NCBI GenBank assembly: GCA_035308905.1
Contig: DATGFS010000048.1
Coordinates: forward strand, 17,437-81,436
Reading direction: 5' to 3'
Origin: a bacterium
GTDB taxonomy: Bacteria; Sysuimicrobiota; Sysuimicrobiia; Sysuimicrobiales; Segetimicrobiaceae
Length of the DNA stretch: 64,000 nucleotides
The notes beneath the pieces are model-generated. The model was not told where the DNA came from. It made no database searches and saw only the letters and a program-made list of their open reading frames with translations. The translations under genes were made by a program, and so were the position numbers. Shown piece after piece: positions 10,826 to 19,325 of this stretch. The stretch's first letter is position 1; every line of letters begins with the position of its first letter.

Positions 10826-13164
10826 CAGCGTTTCCCTCCCTCGTCCGCGGGAGAACCTTCGGCCGCCTTTGGGCCTCCTGCCGCGGCATCGAGCGCGCGG
10901 ACGATCCGCTCCGGAGTCATCGGCAGCTCCGTGAGCCGCACGCCGGCGGCGTTCTGGATCGCGCTCGCGATCGCGGCCGGCGGCGGGCCGGTGGGCGGCT
11001 CGCCGATCCCGCGCGCCTGGAACGGGCCTTTGCCTTCGCCGGACTCGACGATCACGGCCTGCACGTCCGGCAGGTCGAGGGACGTCGGGATCAGGTAGCC
11101 GGCGAACAACGTGCTGAGGTTGTTGCCGTTCTCGACGACGACCTCCTCCGTCAGCGCCTGGCCGATCCCCATCGCGGCGCCGCCCTGGATCTGGCCCTCG
11201 ACGCTCTGCGGATTGATCGCCTGACCGACGTCGTGGCACGCCGCGTACTTGAGCAGGCGGACCGCGCCGGTCTCGGTGTCCACCTCGACTTCCGCGGCGT
11301 GGCAGCCGTACGTGAAATCCGGGAAGGTGCGTCCCTGGCCGGTCTTGAGGTCCACCGGCGGCGCCTGCTCCGCGTGAAAGGTGGCGAGGTGCGCCGCGGG
11401 GACGCCGCGGCGGCCGCACTCCACGACCATCCGGGCGAGTGAAATCCGCCGCTCCGGGCTGCCCGTGACCCCGACGTGATCATCGGCGAAGTCCAGGTCG
11501 GGCTCCGCGGCCTCGAGCAGTGAGGCGGCGACGGGCGCCACCTGCTCGCGCAATTCGCGCGCCCCGCGGAGCACCGCGTTGCCGGACATGTACAACTGGC
11601 GCGTCGCGAACGTGCCGCCGGAGAGCGGCGTGAGCGCGCTGTCGCCGAAGTGGACCGTGATCCGGTCGAGCGAGACGCCGAGCACCTCGGAGGCGATTTG
11701 CGCGAGGGAGGCCGACTGCCCACCGCCGAGGTCGGGCACGCCGGAGCGGATCACGAGCGAACCGTCCGCTTCGAAGCCGAGCCACGCGCTGGCGCGGTCG
11801 CGAAACCAGACCGTTCGCCCGTACGGCTGGATGTTGCAGGCGAACCCGCGGCCGACCAGGCCCGACGGACCTGACGGCCGGCTGCGCTCGCCGAGCGCGG
11901 CGGTGGCGCGCCGCACGAGCTCGGGCAGCGCGACGTGGGTCTCGACGGCCTCGCCGGTCGGGAGGCGGTCGCCCTTCGCCAGGAAGTTGCGCGCCCGGAT
12001 CTCCTCCGGCGCGAGGCCGAGCCGCTCCGCGAGCGCGTCCATCTGCGATTCGTAGGCGAACGTGACCTGCATCGCGCCGAACCCACGCATCGCGCTCGAC
12101 GGCACGTTGTTGGTGAAGGCCGCCCGGGCGTCGATCGCGACGTTCGGCACTTTGTACGGGCCGCTGCCGGTGACGAGCGCCGCGAACAGCACCCGCGGGC
12201 TGAGCAGGGGGTAGGGGCCGGCGTCGGCGACGAGCGAGATCTCCTGCGCGACGAGGCGGCCGTCGCGTGCGGCGCCCGTCTTGTAGCGCATCGTGAAGGG
12301 ATGCCGCTTCGGCCGGGCGAGCAGCGAGTCGTACCGGCTCCAGACCATGCGCACCGGCTGCCCCGTCTTCCAGGCCAGCAGCGCGAGGTACGGCTCGACG
12401 GTCATGTCCTCTTTGCCGCCGAACCCGCCGCCGAGAAACGGCGTGACGACGCGCACGCGGTTGTGGGGTACGCCGAGCATCTCCGCGATCTCGCGGAAGT
12501 GCTCGATCACCTGCGTCGACGCGCGGATGTTGATGACGCCCTGGGCGTCGGTCCAGGCGACGCCCGCCTCCGGTTCCAGGTAGGCGTGGTCCACGCGCTG
12601 CGTGCGGTACGTCTCTTCGACGACGGCGTGCGCGGCCCGGAAGCCCTCGGCGACGTCACCGCGCCGCAGCGTCCAGTGCACGAGCACGTTGTCCCGGTCG
12701 TCGTGGACGCGCGGCGCGCCGGGCCGGACCGCCTCTTCGGCGTCGAACAGCCCGGGCAGCGGCTCGTACTCGATCTCGATCGCTTCGAGCGCCGCCTGCG
12801 CCCGCGCCGCGGAATCGGCCGCGACGAGCGCCACCGGCTCGCCCTGGAAGCAGACCCGGCCCGCGGCGAGGACCGGCGTGGCGAAGCGGATGAGGCCGAT
12901 GCCGGTGGGATCTTCCTCGACCGCGTTGTGGGGGACGTCGTCCGCGGTCAGCACCACCGCGACGCCCGGGAGGGCCCGGGCGCGCGCCGCGTCGAGCCGG
13001 CGGATCCGCGCCGACGCGTGAAGCGAGCGAAGGACGGCGCCCGCGAGCATGCCGGGCAGCTCCCAGTCCGCCGCGTAGCGGGTAGTCCCGCGGATTTTGT
13101 CGACCGCGTCGAAGCGGGGCTGCGGCCTGCCGACGACCCGGTACGCTATGCGCCGGCGATCCAC
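10825..13164 (-). CDS. Xanthine dehydrogenase family molybdopterin-binding (large) subunit
   Basis: RFDAVDKIRGTTRYAAD, HAYLEPE, GGGFGGK, SAMRGFGA, GGTFATR, DVGQAINP..VEGQIQGG, ARGIGEPP (catalytic Glu); GTG start at 13164 inferred. Confidence 0.92.
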   Translation of the reverse strand: MDRRRIAYRVVGRPQPRFDAVDKIRGTTRYAADWELPGMLAGAVLRSLHASARIRRLDAARARALPGVAVVLTADDVPHNAVEEDPTGIGLIRFATPVLAAGRVCFQGEPVALVAADSAARAQAALEAIEIEYEPLPGLFDAEEAVRPGAPRVHDDRDNVLVHWTLRRGDVAEGFRAAHAVVEETYRTQRVDHAYLEPEAGVAWTDAQGVINIRASTQVIEHFREIAEMLGVPHNRVRVVTPFLGGGFGGKEDMTVEPYLALLAWKTGQPVRMVWSRYDSLLARPKRHPFTMRYKTGAARDGRLVAQEISLVADAGPYPLLSPRVLFAALVTGSGPYKVPNVAIDARAAFTNNVPSSAMRGFGAMQVTFAYESQMDALAERLGLAPEEIRARNFLAKGDRLPTGEAVETHVALPELVRRATAALGERSRPSGPSGLVGRGFACNIQPYGRTVWFRDRASAWLGFEADGSLVIRSGVPDLGGGQSASLAQIASEVLGVSLDRITVHFGDSALTPLSGGTFATRQLYMSGNAVLRGARELREQVAPVAASLLEAAEPDLDFADDHVGVTGSPERRISLARMVVECGRRGVPAAHLATFHAEQAPPVDLKTGQGRTFPDFTYGCHAAEVEVDTETGAVRLLKYAACHDVGQAINPQSVEGQIQGGAAMGIGQALTEEVVVENGNNLSTLFAGYLIPTSLDLPDVQAVIVESGEGKGPFQARGIGEPPTGPPPAAIASAIQNAAGVRLTELPMTPERIVRALDAAAGGPKAAEGSPADEGGKR

Positions 13165-13934
13165 GTTCCGAGAGCCGCGACCTCGACGCCCGCCTGTTCG
13201 AGCATGCCTCGGAGGGTGCGCACCGCCGCGCGTGAGGGCGCGTGATCGCCGTGCAGGCAGATCGTGTCCACCTGCACGTCGACGGTCGTGCCGTCCACGG
13301 TGGGGATGCGTCCGTCCCGCACCGCGGCGACGGCCCGGCGGCACATCGCCTCCGGGTCCATCAGCATCGCGTCGGGACGGCGCCGGCTGGCCAGCGTGCC
13401 GTCCGGCATGTAGGCCCGGTCCAGGAAGAACTCGCGCGCCACCCGAAGGCCGGCGGCCCGGACCTCGGCGGCGAGCCGCGAATGCGGCGTCGCCACGACG
13501 GCGAGGTGCGGATCGATGCGCTTGACCGCTGCGGCGATGGCCTTGGCCGTTCCTTCGTCCACCTCGGCCACATTATAGAGCGCGCCGTGGGGCTTCACGT
13601 GCTGGAGCCGTCCCCCGAAGGCCTCGACCATGCCACGCACCGCGGCGACCTGGTAGAGGACGAGATCGTCCACCTCCTGCGGCGTGAGGTCCATCTTGTG
13701 CCGGCCAAACCCGATGAGATCCTGGTAGCCGGGATGCGCGCCGATCGCCACGCGGTGGCGCCGCAGCAGTTCGACCGTCTTGCGGATCGTCGCCGGGTCG
13801 CTCGCGTGAAAGCCGCACGCGATATGGGCCGACGTGAGGTACGGCGCGATCTCCTCATCCTGGCCCATGGGCCAGCGGCCGAGGGATTCACCCATGTCCG
13901 CGGAGATGTCGACGCGCCGCGACGCCGCTGCCAT
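13146..13934 (-). CDS. pxpA: LamB/YcsF family protein, 5-oxoprolinase subunit A-like
   Basis: DISADMGES, SAHIACGFHA.DP, IGAHPGY.D..GFGR, LQHVKPHGALYN, TICLHGD. Confidence 0.9.
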   Translation of the reverse strand: MAAASRRVDISADMGESLGRWPMGQDEEIAPYLTSAHIACGFHASDPATIRKTVELLRRHRVAIGAHPGYQDLIGFGRHKMDLTPQEVDDLVLYQVAAVRGMVEAFGGRLQHVKPHGALYNVAEVDEGTAKAIAAAVKRIDPHLAVVATPHSRLAAEVRAAGLRVAREFFLDRAYMPDGTLASRRRPDAMLMDPEAMCRRAVAAVRDGRIPTVDGTTVDVQVDTICLHGDHAPSRAAVRTLRGMLEQAGVEVAALGTWIAGA

Positions 13935-14127
13935 CGGCGGGCCTCCTTCGATCGAAGATCTGCGGAAGTGCGCAATACGGAACCGACGGGGCCGTTAGTT
14001 CGGCTCCGCGATCGATCAGCCCTCTCCGCGGCCCGGCAAGGCGCGTGCGCGCGCGGCGGAGAACCGTGGTGGGTCGAATGGGGCCGGGGCCGCGGCAGAC
14101 GGCCCGGCATGGGAGGAGTTTGACGGC

Positions 14128-15210
14128 ATGGATTGGGAACGGCGGCGGCGTCCGGTCGACAGCGTGCTCGACACGGCGGGACTGACCCCGCTCGTCAGGC
14201 TTCAGCGGGTCACCCGCGCGGCGTCCCCGGCTGCGCGGCCCAGCGGCCCCGCGCAGTCGGGGGATGGCACGGCCGCGGCCGTGTTTGCCAAGCTCGAGTT
14301 TTTCGGGCCGAGCGGAAGCGTCAAAGATCGCATCCTACCGTACATCGTCGCGGAGGCGGAGCGGCGGGGCGATCTCCGGCCCGGCATGATCGTGATCGAA
14401 GGCACGACCGGCAACACCGGCATCGCCACCGCGATGGTCGGCGCGGCCAAGGGCTACCGGGTGATCATCGTGATGCCCGCGGGCATGAGCCGGGAGCGGC
14501 AGGACGTGATCCGCGCGTATGGGGCGGAGTTGGTGCTGACTCCAGGCGGCGAGAGCGATGTGGATCTCGTCCTCGACAAGGTCCGCGCGCTCAAGGCCGA
14601 GCACGGAACGAACATCTGGGAGGTCGGGCAGTTCACGAACGCCGACAACGTGCGCGCGCACACGCAGACGACGGGTCCGGAGATTTGGGAGCAGACGGAG
14701 GGGCGGGTCGACGCTTTCGTCGCGGCGCAGGGGACCGGCGGCACCCTCACCGGCGTGAGCGCCTATCTCAAAGCGAAGCGTCCGGACGTGCTGTCCTTCG
14801 CGGTCGAACCGGCCGAGTGCGCGATCCTCGCGGGACGCGGCTGGGGGCCGCACCGGATCGAAGGGATCGGGGACGGGTTCATCCCCGAGGTGCTGGACTT
14901 GAAGTGGGTGGACGGCGTCGTGACGGTGTCATCGGACGACGCGATCGCGATGGCCCGCCGGCTCGCGCGCGAGGAAGGCATCTTCTGCGGCATCTCGTCG
15001 GGCTGCAACGTCGCGGCGTGCCTGAAGCTGAGCCGGCGCTACCCAGAGCTCAAGACGATCGTCACGATGATCAACGACAACGGGCTGCGCTACCTGACGA
15101 CGGAGCTGTGCGGCGCAGTGCCCGACCTCGCCGTGCCGGAGCGCGAGCACGCGCCGCGGCCGGACGACGCCCGCCGGCTCGCGGCGAAGCCGCTCACGGT
15201 CGTCGAGTAG
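14128..15210 (+). CDS. PLP-dependent cysteine synthase/cystathionine beta-synthase family protein
   Basis: KLEFFGPSGSVKDR (PLP Lys), TTGNTG, GTGGT, IEGIG, GISSG. Confidence 0.88.
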   Translation: MDWERRRRPVDSVLDTAGLTPLVRLQRVTRAASPAARPSGPAQSGDGTAAAVFAKLEFFGPSGSVKDRILPYIVAEAERRGDLRPGMIVIEGTTGNTGIATAMVGAAKGYRVIIVMPAGMSRERQDVIRAYGAELVLTPGGESDVDLVLDKVRALKAEHGTNIWEVGQFTNADNVRAHTQTTGPEIWEQTEGRVDAFVAAQGTGGTLTGVSAYLKAKRPDVLSFAVEPAECAILAGRGWGPHRIEGIGDGFIPEVLDLKWVDGVVTVSSDDAIAMARRLAREEGIFCGISSGCNVAACLKLSRRYPELKTIVTMINDNGLRYLTTELCGAVPDLAVPEREHAPRPDDARRLAAKPLTVVE

Positions 15211-15243
15211 CCGTCGGGCGCGGCGGTCGGCTGCCGGCCGAGG

Positions 15244-15648
15244 CTACCGGTTCCGCTCGGCTTCGTGCACGATGTTGAGCGCGGTCTGCGCTTCGCCCTC
15301 GACGATCGCCCAGTCGCCGGCCGAGGCAAAGTCGTGATTGGCGTGCTGCGTCACTTCGTAGATGCGCGCCAAGGCGGACTTGACGCGTTCCACCTCCTCC
15401 GCCGCGAGGCGCAGCGCCGAGGCGCCGTCGCCCGCGGCCCCGGCCGCGCCGAGCGCCCGGAGGGCGTCCCGGTAAGCGCGTCGCGCCGCGAGCTCGGAGT
15501 CGGCCGCGGGCGTGCCGCGCCGCCGCGTGCCGCGCCGCGGCTTGGCCGCGGCGGCCTTCCGCGCGGCCGCGATTCGCGCGCTGCTGCGGTCGATCCGCTT
15601 CTGGAGATACAGTCGCACCGCGTCCACCCCGCCGGATCCGCTCTTCAT
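15244..15648 (-). CDS. Hypothetical protein, 134 aa, Arg/Ala-rich and predicted helical
   Basis: GAGGAGG SD before ATG; co-oriented downstream of HAD; no family recognised. Confidence 0.6.
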   Translation of the reverse strand: MKSGSGGVDAVRLYLQKRIDRSSARIAAARKAAAAKPRRGTRRRGTPAADSELAARRAYRDALRALGAAGAAGDGASALRLAAEEVERVKSALARIYEVTQHANHDFASAGDWAIVEGEAQTALNIVHEAERNR

Positions 15649-15694
15649 CGCCGCCTCCTCTGAGATCGCGTCTCGCTCCCCGCCGGACCTGCGT

Positions 15695-16354
15695 TCATGC
15701 GTTCACGCGCTCCGCGAGCTCTGCGAGATCGCGCACGATCACGTCCGGCGCGAACCCCAGCCGCTCCGGTGGGGCGCCGGCCCTGTTGACCCAGGCGACC
15801 GGCAGGCCGAAGGCCTTCGCCCCCGCGGCGTCCCACGCGTTCGACGAGACGAAGAGGATCGCCGAGCGCGTGAGCCCGAGCCGGCGTTCGGCGAGGGCGT
15901 ACACGTCGGGGACCGGTTTGTAAGTCTTGACGGCGTCGACGCTGAGGACGTGCGCAAACAATTGACGAAGCTCCGCGGACCGCAGCGCGCTCTCCACCAT
16001 CGACGGGCTGCCGTTGGACAGCACGGCGAGCGTCTTCGGCGCCATGCGCGCGAGGGCGGCGGGGACCTCGGGGTAGGCGCGCAGCGCCAGCCACCCGTCC
16101 AGCATCCGCCGCCGCGCCTCGGGCGCGACGGAGAGGCCGAGCCGCTCGAGCGTGTAGTCGAGGGCCTCAACGGTGACCGTCCAGAAATCTTCGTACCGGC
16201 CCATCGCGGCCCGGAGCCACGTGTACTCGAGCTGCTTCTGCCGCCACGCCGGGACGACGGCCTCGGATCCCGCCGCTTCGACGCAGAGGCGGTCGAGGGA
16301 GCGGACGTCGAGGAGGGTGCCGTAGAGGTCGAAGGCCAGCGCGTCGACGGTCAT
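15695..16354 (-). CDS. Haloacid dehalogenase type II (HAD superfamily)
   Basis: FDLYGTL, WR.KQLEYTW, LSNG, YKP.P.VY, FVSSNAWD..GA. Confidence 0.93.
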   Translation of the reverse strand: MTVDALAFDLYGTLLDVRSLDRLCVEAAGSEAVVPAWRQKQLEYTWLRAAMGRYEDFWTVTVEALDYTLERLGLSVAPEARRRMLDGWLALRAYPEVPAALARMAPKTLAVLSNGSPSMVESALRSAELRQLFAHVLSVDAVKTYKPVPDVYALAERRLGLTRSAILFVSSNAWDAAGAKAFGLPVAWVNRAGAPPERLGFAPDVIVRDLAELAERVNA

Positions 16355-16391
16355 CCGGTGTCCCCCCGCGGGCGGCGGCCCCGCCTCGGAG

Positions 16392-16940
16392 CTAGATCTC
16401 GTGCCGGCCGGTCTGCTCGGCCTGTCCGAGGCCCAGCATCTCGACGAGCTTGCCGAAGCCGTCGGCAAGCGCCATGAACGCTCCCAACTCGATCAACTCT
16501 TCCTCGGTGAACTGCGTCTTCCAGCGCCGCAGGTGCTCGTCGCCGATCGCCCGGTAGTCCTCGGTGAACAGCGTCGCCATCTCCAGCGCCGCCCGCTCGC
16601 GTGGCGTGAACACGGGATTCTCCGGATCGGACGTGGCATCGAGTTTCGCCTCGCCGAGGCCCATTTGCTCCGCCACGGCGGAGCGGACGTTGCTTCAATA
16701 ACTGCAGGTGCGCAGGCGCGCCATCCGCACGCGCATCAGTTCCTTGAGCGGATGCTCGACGATGCCGCCGTAGAACGCATCCTGCCATCCCGAGTAGAAC
16801 GCGCGCAGCGCCAGCGGGTGCCTCGCGAGAATGCGCAGGAGCGTGGGGTTCGGCGCCCCGCGCTTCGCCGCGTCGGCGAAGGCCCGCCGGACGTCGTCAG
16901 TCAGCGCGGTCTCGGCAACCGGCCCGATGCGAACCGTCAT
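16392..16940 (-). CDS. AhpD/carboxymuconolactone decarboxylase-like protein, probable selenoprotein (C79-S-Y-U82), 182 aa
   Basis: ORFs 16695..16940 and 16392..16676 share a frame and are separated only by TGA 16697-16695; read-through gives KELMRVRMARLRTCSY(U)SNVRSA...FTPRERAALE...FTEEELIEL, one continuous AhpD-like domain. Confidence 0.85.
16667..16684 (-). promoter_or_regulatory. Putative bacterial SECIS element
   Basis: mRNA UGA-AGCAACGUCC-GCUCCGC-CGUG-GCGGAGC: 7-bp stem starting 10 nt after UGA, with a GU-containing tetraloop 17 nt after UGA. Confidence 0.75.
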
Positions 16941-16966
16941 AGCCGTCCTCCTCGTCCTGCGCTTGT

Positions 16967-17689
16967 TTATGCCACCGTGACGCCGCGCACGCCGTGCTTC
17001 TCGATCAGGCGGGCCACGAGTCCCGAGCCCTTCGCCTCGTCGACGAACGCTCCCAGGAATTCCGCTCCGGCGCCCGCACGCCCGCCCGGCGTACCGATCG
17101 ACTGCTGCACCCCGGTCACGCGGCCGTCCAGCACGCGCGACCCCGGCAGCGCGGCGGCAGCGGCGATGAGGCGCGGCGTAAGACAGGCCAGCGCCTCGAG
17201 CTTTTCCTCTTCGAACAATGCGACCGACGCTTCGATGCCTTCGGCGCGCACGAGCGCCGCGCGTTTGAGGGTGCGGCTGAGGAAGAGGTCATACGCGCTC
17301 TTGCCGGAGACCGCGATGCGGACGCCGTCCCGGTCCACGTCCGCGAGCGTCCGGATCGTCGAGCCGGCAGGCACGAGATACGTGACGGGAATCTCGAGAT
17401 AGGCGGGGCTGAACGCGATCTCCGCGGCCCGCTGCGGCTCGTTGCCGAGGAAGGCGATGTCCCAGCGGTTGTCTCTGGCGCCGTCGGCCAGCGGCCCGGC
17501 CTGGGGAAACCGCACGAATTCCAGCGGCACGCCGAGGCGGCGGCCGATTTCCCGCGCGAGATCGGGCGCGATGCCGCGCGGCTCGCCGGCCGGCCCGTCG
17601 GGCAGCACGAGCAGGAAATTCCCGTCGTTCAGGCCGGTGCGCAGGGTGCCCGACGGCGCGAGCGCCGCGCGGACCTCAGGAATGCCCAA
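16967..17689 (-). CDS. ABC-type solute-binding protein (family 3-like); no signal peptide evident
   Basis: LAPSGTLRTGLN, GIAPDLAREI..RLGVP, WDIAFL...P.RA..IAFSPAY, YDLFLSRTLK. Confidence 0.85.
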   Translation of the reverse strand: MGIPEVRAALAPSGTLRTGLNDGNFLLVLPDGPAGEPRGIAPDLAREIGRRLGVPLEFVRFPQAGPLADGARDNRWDIAFLGNEPQRAAEIAFSPAYLEIPVTYLVPAGSTIRTLADVDRDGVRIAVSGKSAYDLFLSRTLKRAALVRAEGIEASVALFEEEKLEALACLTPRLIAAAAALPGSRVLDGRVTGVQQSIGTPGGRAGAGAEFLGAFVDEAKGSGLVARLIEKHGVRGVTVA

Positions 17690-18452
17690 TGTAGTCCATC
17701 CGGCCGCCGTCGACGGTGAGGATCTGCGCCGTCACAAACCCTGACTCGGGCGACGCCAGAAACGCGACCGCGTGCGCAACGTCGTCGGGCGCGCCGACCC
17801 GGCCGACCATTGCGCGGTCGCTGAGCCGTTTGACCGTGTCGCGCAGCTCCTGCTCACTGCGCTCGGCTTTCACCATGTCGGTGATGATGAACCCGGGGGC
17901 CACGGCGTTCACGGTGATGCCGTGCGGCCCGAGCTCCATGGCGAACCGGCGCGTCAGGGTGGATACCGCGGCCTTGGTGGCGGCGTAAAAGGTGGCACCG
18001 GGGAGCGTCGTCCCGTTGGCGGCGGCCGAACTGATGTTGATGATGCGGCCGTACCGCCGCTCCTTCATCGCCGGGACGACCGCGCGCGTGACGTGGATTA
18101 CCCCGTCTACGTTGGTGCGCCGCATCTGCTCGAACCGGCCCGGATCGAAGTCGTCGAGCGTCGCGCGGACGGACACGCCCGCGTTGTTGACCAGCACGGA
18201 GATCGGTCCCAGATCGGCGGCGGTTCGGTCGACCATCGCCGCGACCTGCCCGGGGTCGCCCACGTCCGCCCGCACCGTGATCGCGCGTCCACCCACGGCG
18301 CGGATTTCGTCCACGACGGCCCGCGCCTCATCGGCGCGGCCGCGGTAATTGACGCACACCGCGGCGCCGTGACGCGCCAGCCGGACGGCGATCGCCCGGC
18401 CGAGACCGCGGGATGCTCCGGTGACGAGTGCGATCTGCCCAGTCCAACTCAT
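17676..18452 (-). CDS. Short-chain dehydrogenase/reductase (FabG-like)
   Basis: TGASRGLG, NNAG, YAATK, VNAVAPG. Confidence 0.93.
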   Translation of the reverse strand: MSWTGQIALVTGASRGLGRAIAVRLARHGAAVCVNYRGRADEARAVVDEIRAVGGRAITVRADVGDPGQVAAMVDRTAADLGPISVLVNNAGVSVRATLDDFDPGRFEQMRRTNVDGVIHVTRAVVPAMKERRYGRIINISSAAANGTTLPGATFYAATKAAVSTLTRRFAMELGPHGITVNAVAPGFIITDMVKAERSEQELRDTVKRLSDRAMVGRVGAPDDVAHAVAFLASPESGFVTAQILTVDGGRMDYIGHS

Positions 18453-18504
18453 GGGGCTCAAGATATTCTGCTGCGCGCGGGAATCGCCTGCACCGCGGCG
18501 TGGA

Positions 18505-19155
18505 TCAGGGTGCGGCTTCGTGGTCTAGCCGCTTTCGTATGTGCGCCTTCCAGCTGTCTGGCAGCCCCGGCGCCTGTTCCGCGCGGATCAGCAGGTCCCG
18601 GCCGACCGTTTCGTCCGCATACAATCGGGTAATGTCCGCCACCGTGACGCCGTGCCGGTCCTGCTCGATCAATTCGATCTCGTCGCCCGCCTCCACCGTT
18701 CCCTCGCGCACGACGGCGAGATAGAAGCCGGTGCGGCCGCTGGCGAGGAAACGCCGCACCATGTCGCGCCGTCCGAATTTGACGCCGAGCTTGTAGCACG
18801 GCAGGCGGGGCTGTGTGATCATTATCTCCGCCGAGCCCACGCGATACCGGTCACCGATGTTGACCGCGTCCTCCCGCGCCCACGAGGCGGTGAGGTTCTC
18901 ACCGAACATCCCCCACGGCAGCGCCATCTCCGGAAATTCGTCCCGCCAGAACGCGTAGTGCTCCACAGGGTACACGTACACGGCCTTGTCCGGCCCCCCA
19001 TGAACCGTCAGGTCGGCCTGCCGGTCTCCGTCCAGGTTGAGCGTGCCCAGCCGCACCGGACCGTCGACCGGTTCTTTGAAGATTCCCGTCGTGATGCGGC
19101 GGTCGTTGATGGTGACCTCGCGCGGCAGCGACACGTTGACGGACACGATGTGCAT
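18505..19155 (-). CDS. MOSC domain protein with 3-alpha tail (YiiM-like)
   Basis: TGIFKEPV, GDRQADL.VHGGPDKAVY, FGENLT, QPRLPCYKL, GFYL.V. Confidence 0.92.
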   Translation of the reverse strand: MHIVSVNVSLPREVTINDRRITTGIFKEPVDGPVRLGTLNLDGDRQADLTVHGGPDKAVYVYPVEHYAFWRDEFPEMALPWGMFGENLTASWAREDAVNIGDRYRVGSAEIMITQPRLPCYKLGVKFGRRDMVRRFLASGRTGFYLAVVREGTVEAGDEIELIEQDRHGVTVADITRLYADETVGRDLLIRAEQAPGLPDSWKAHIRKRLDHEAAP

Positions 19156-19325
19156 GGCACGGCTCCCGGTGCGGCGGCGGACTCCAGACTATTTCTCTAC
19201 TTAGTCTTCGCTGCGGCGCCCGCGTTACGTCTGTAACAAAACCGGCCGTCGCGAGACCAATCTAGCAGACAGAATCGAGTGTAGAGAGATCGGGACCGGA
19301 CAAATCGAGAATGGAGGAGTGACAA

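Noticed and set aside
13935-14127. SAM or other riboswitch upstream of the cysteine-synthase-like gene
   Set aside because: No recognisable conserved core; only short palindromes such as CTTCGATCGAAG
16392-16940. Two separate small genes (81 aa and 94 aa), or a nonsense pseudogene
   Set aside because: Same frame, the TGA falls precisely on the CxxC redox position, a SECIS-like hairpin follows, and neither half is a complete domain
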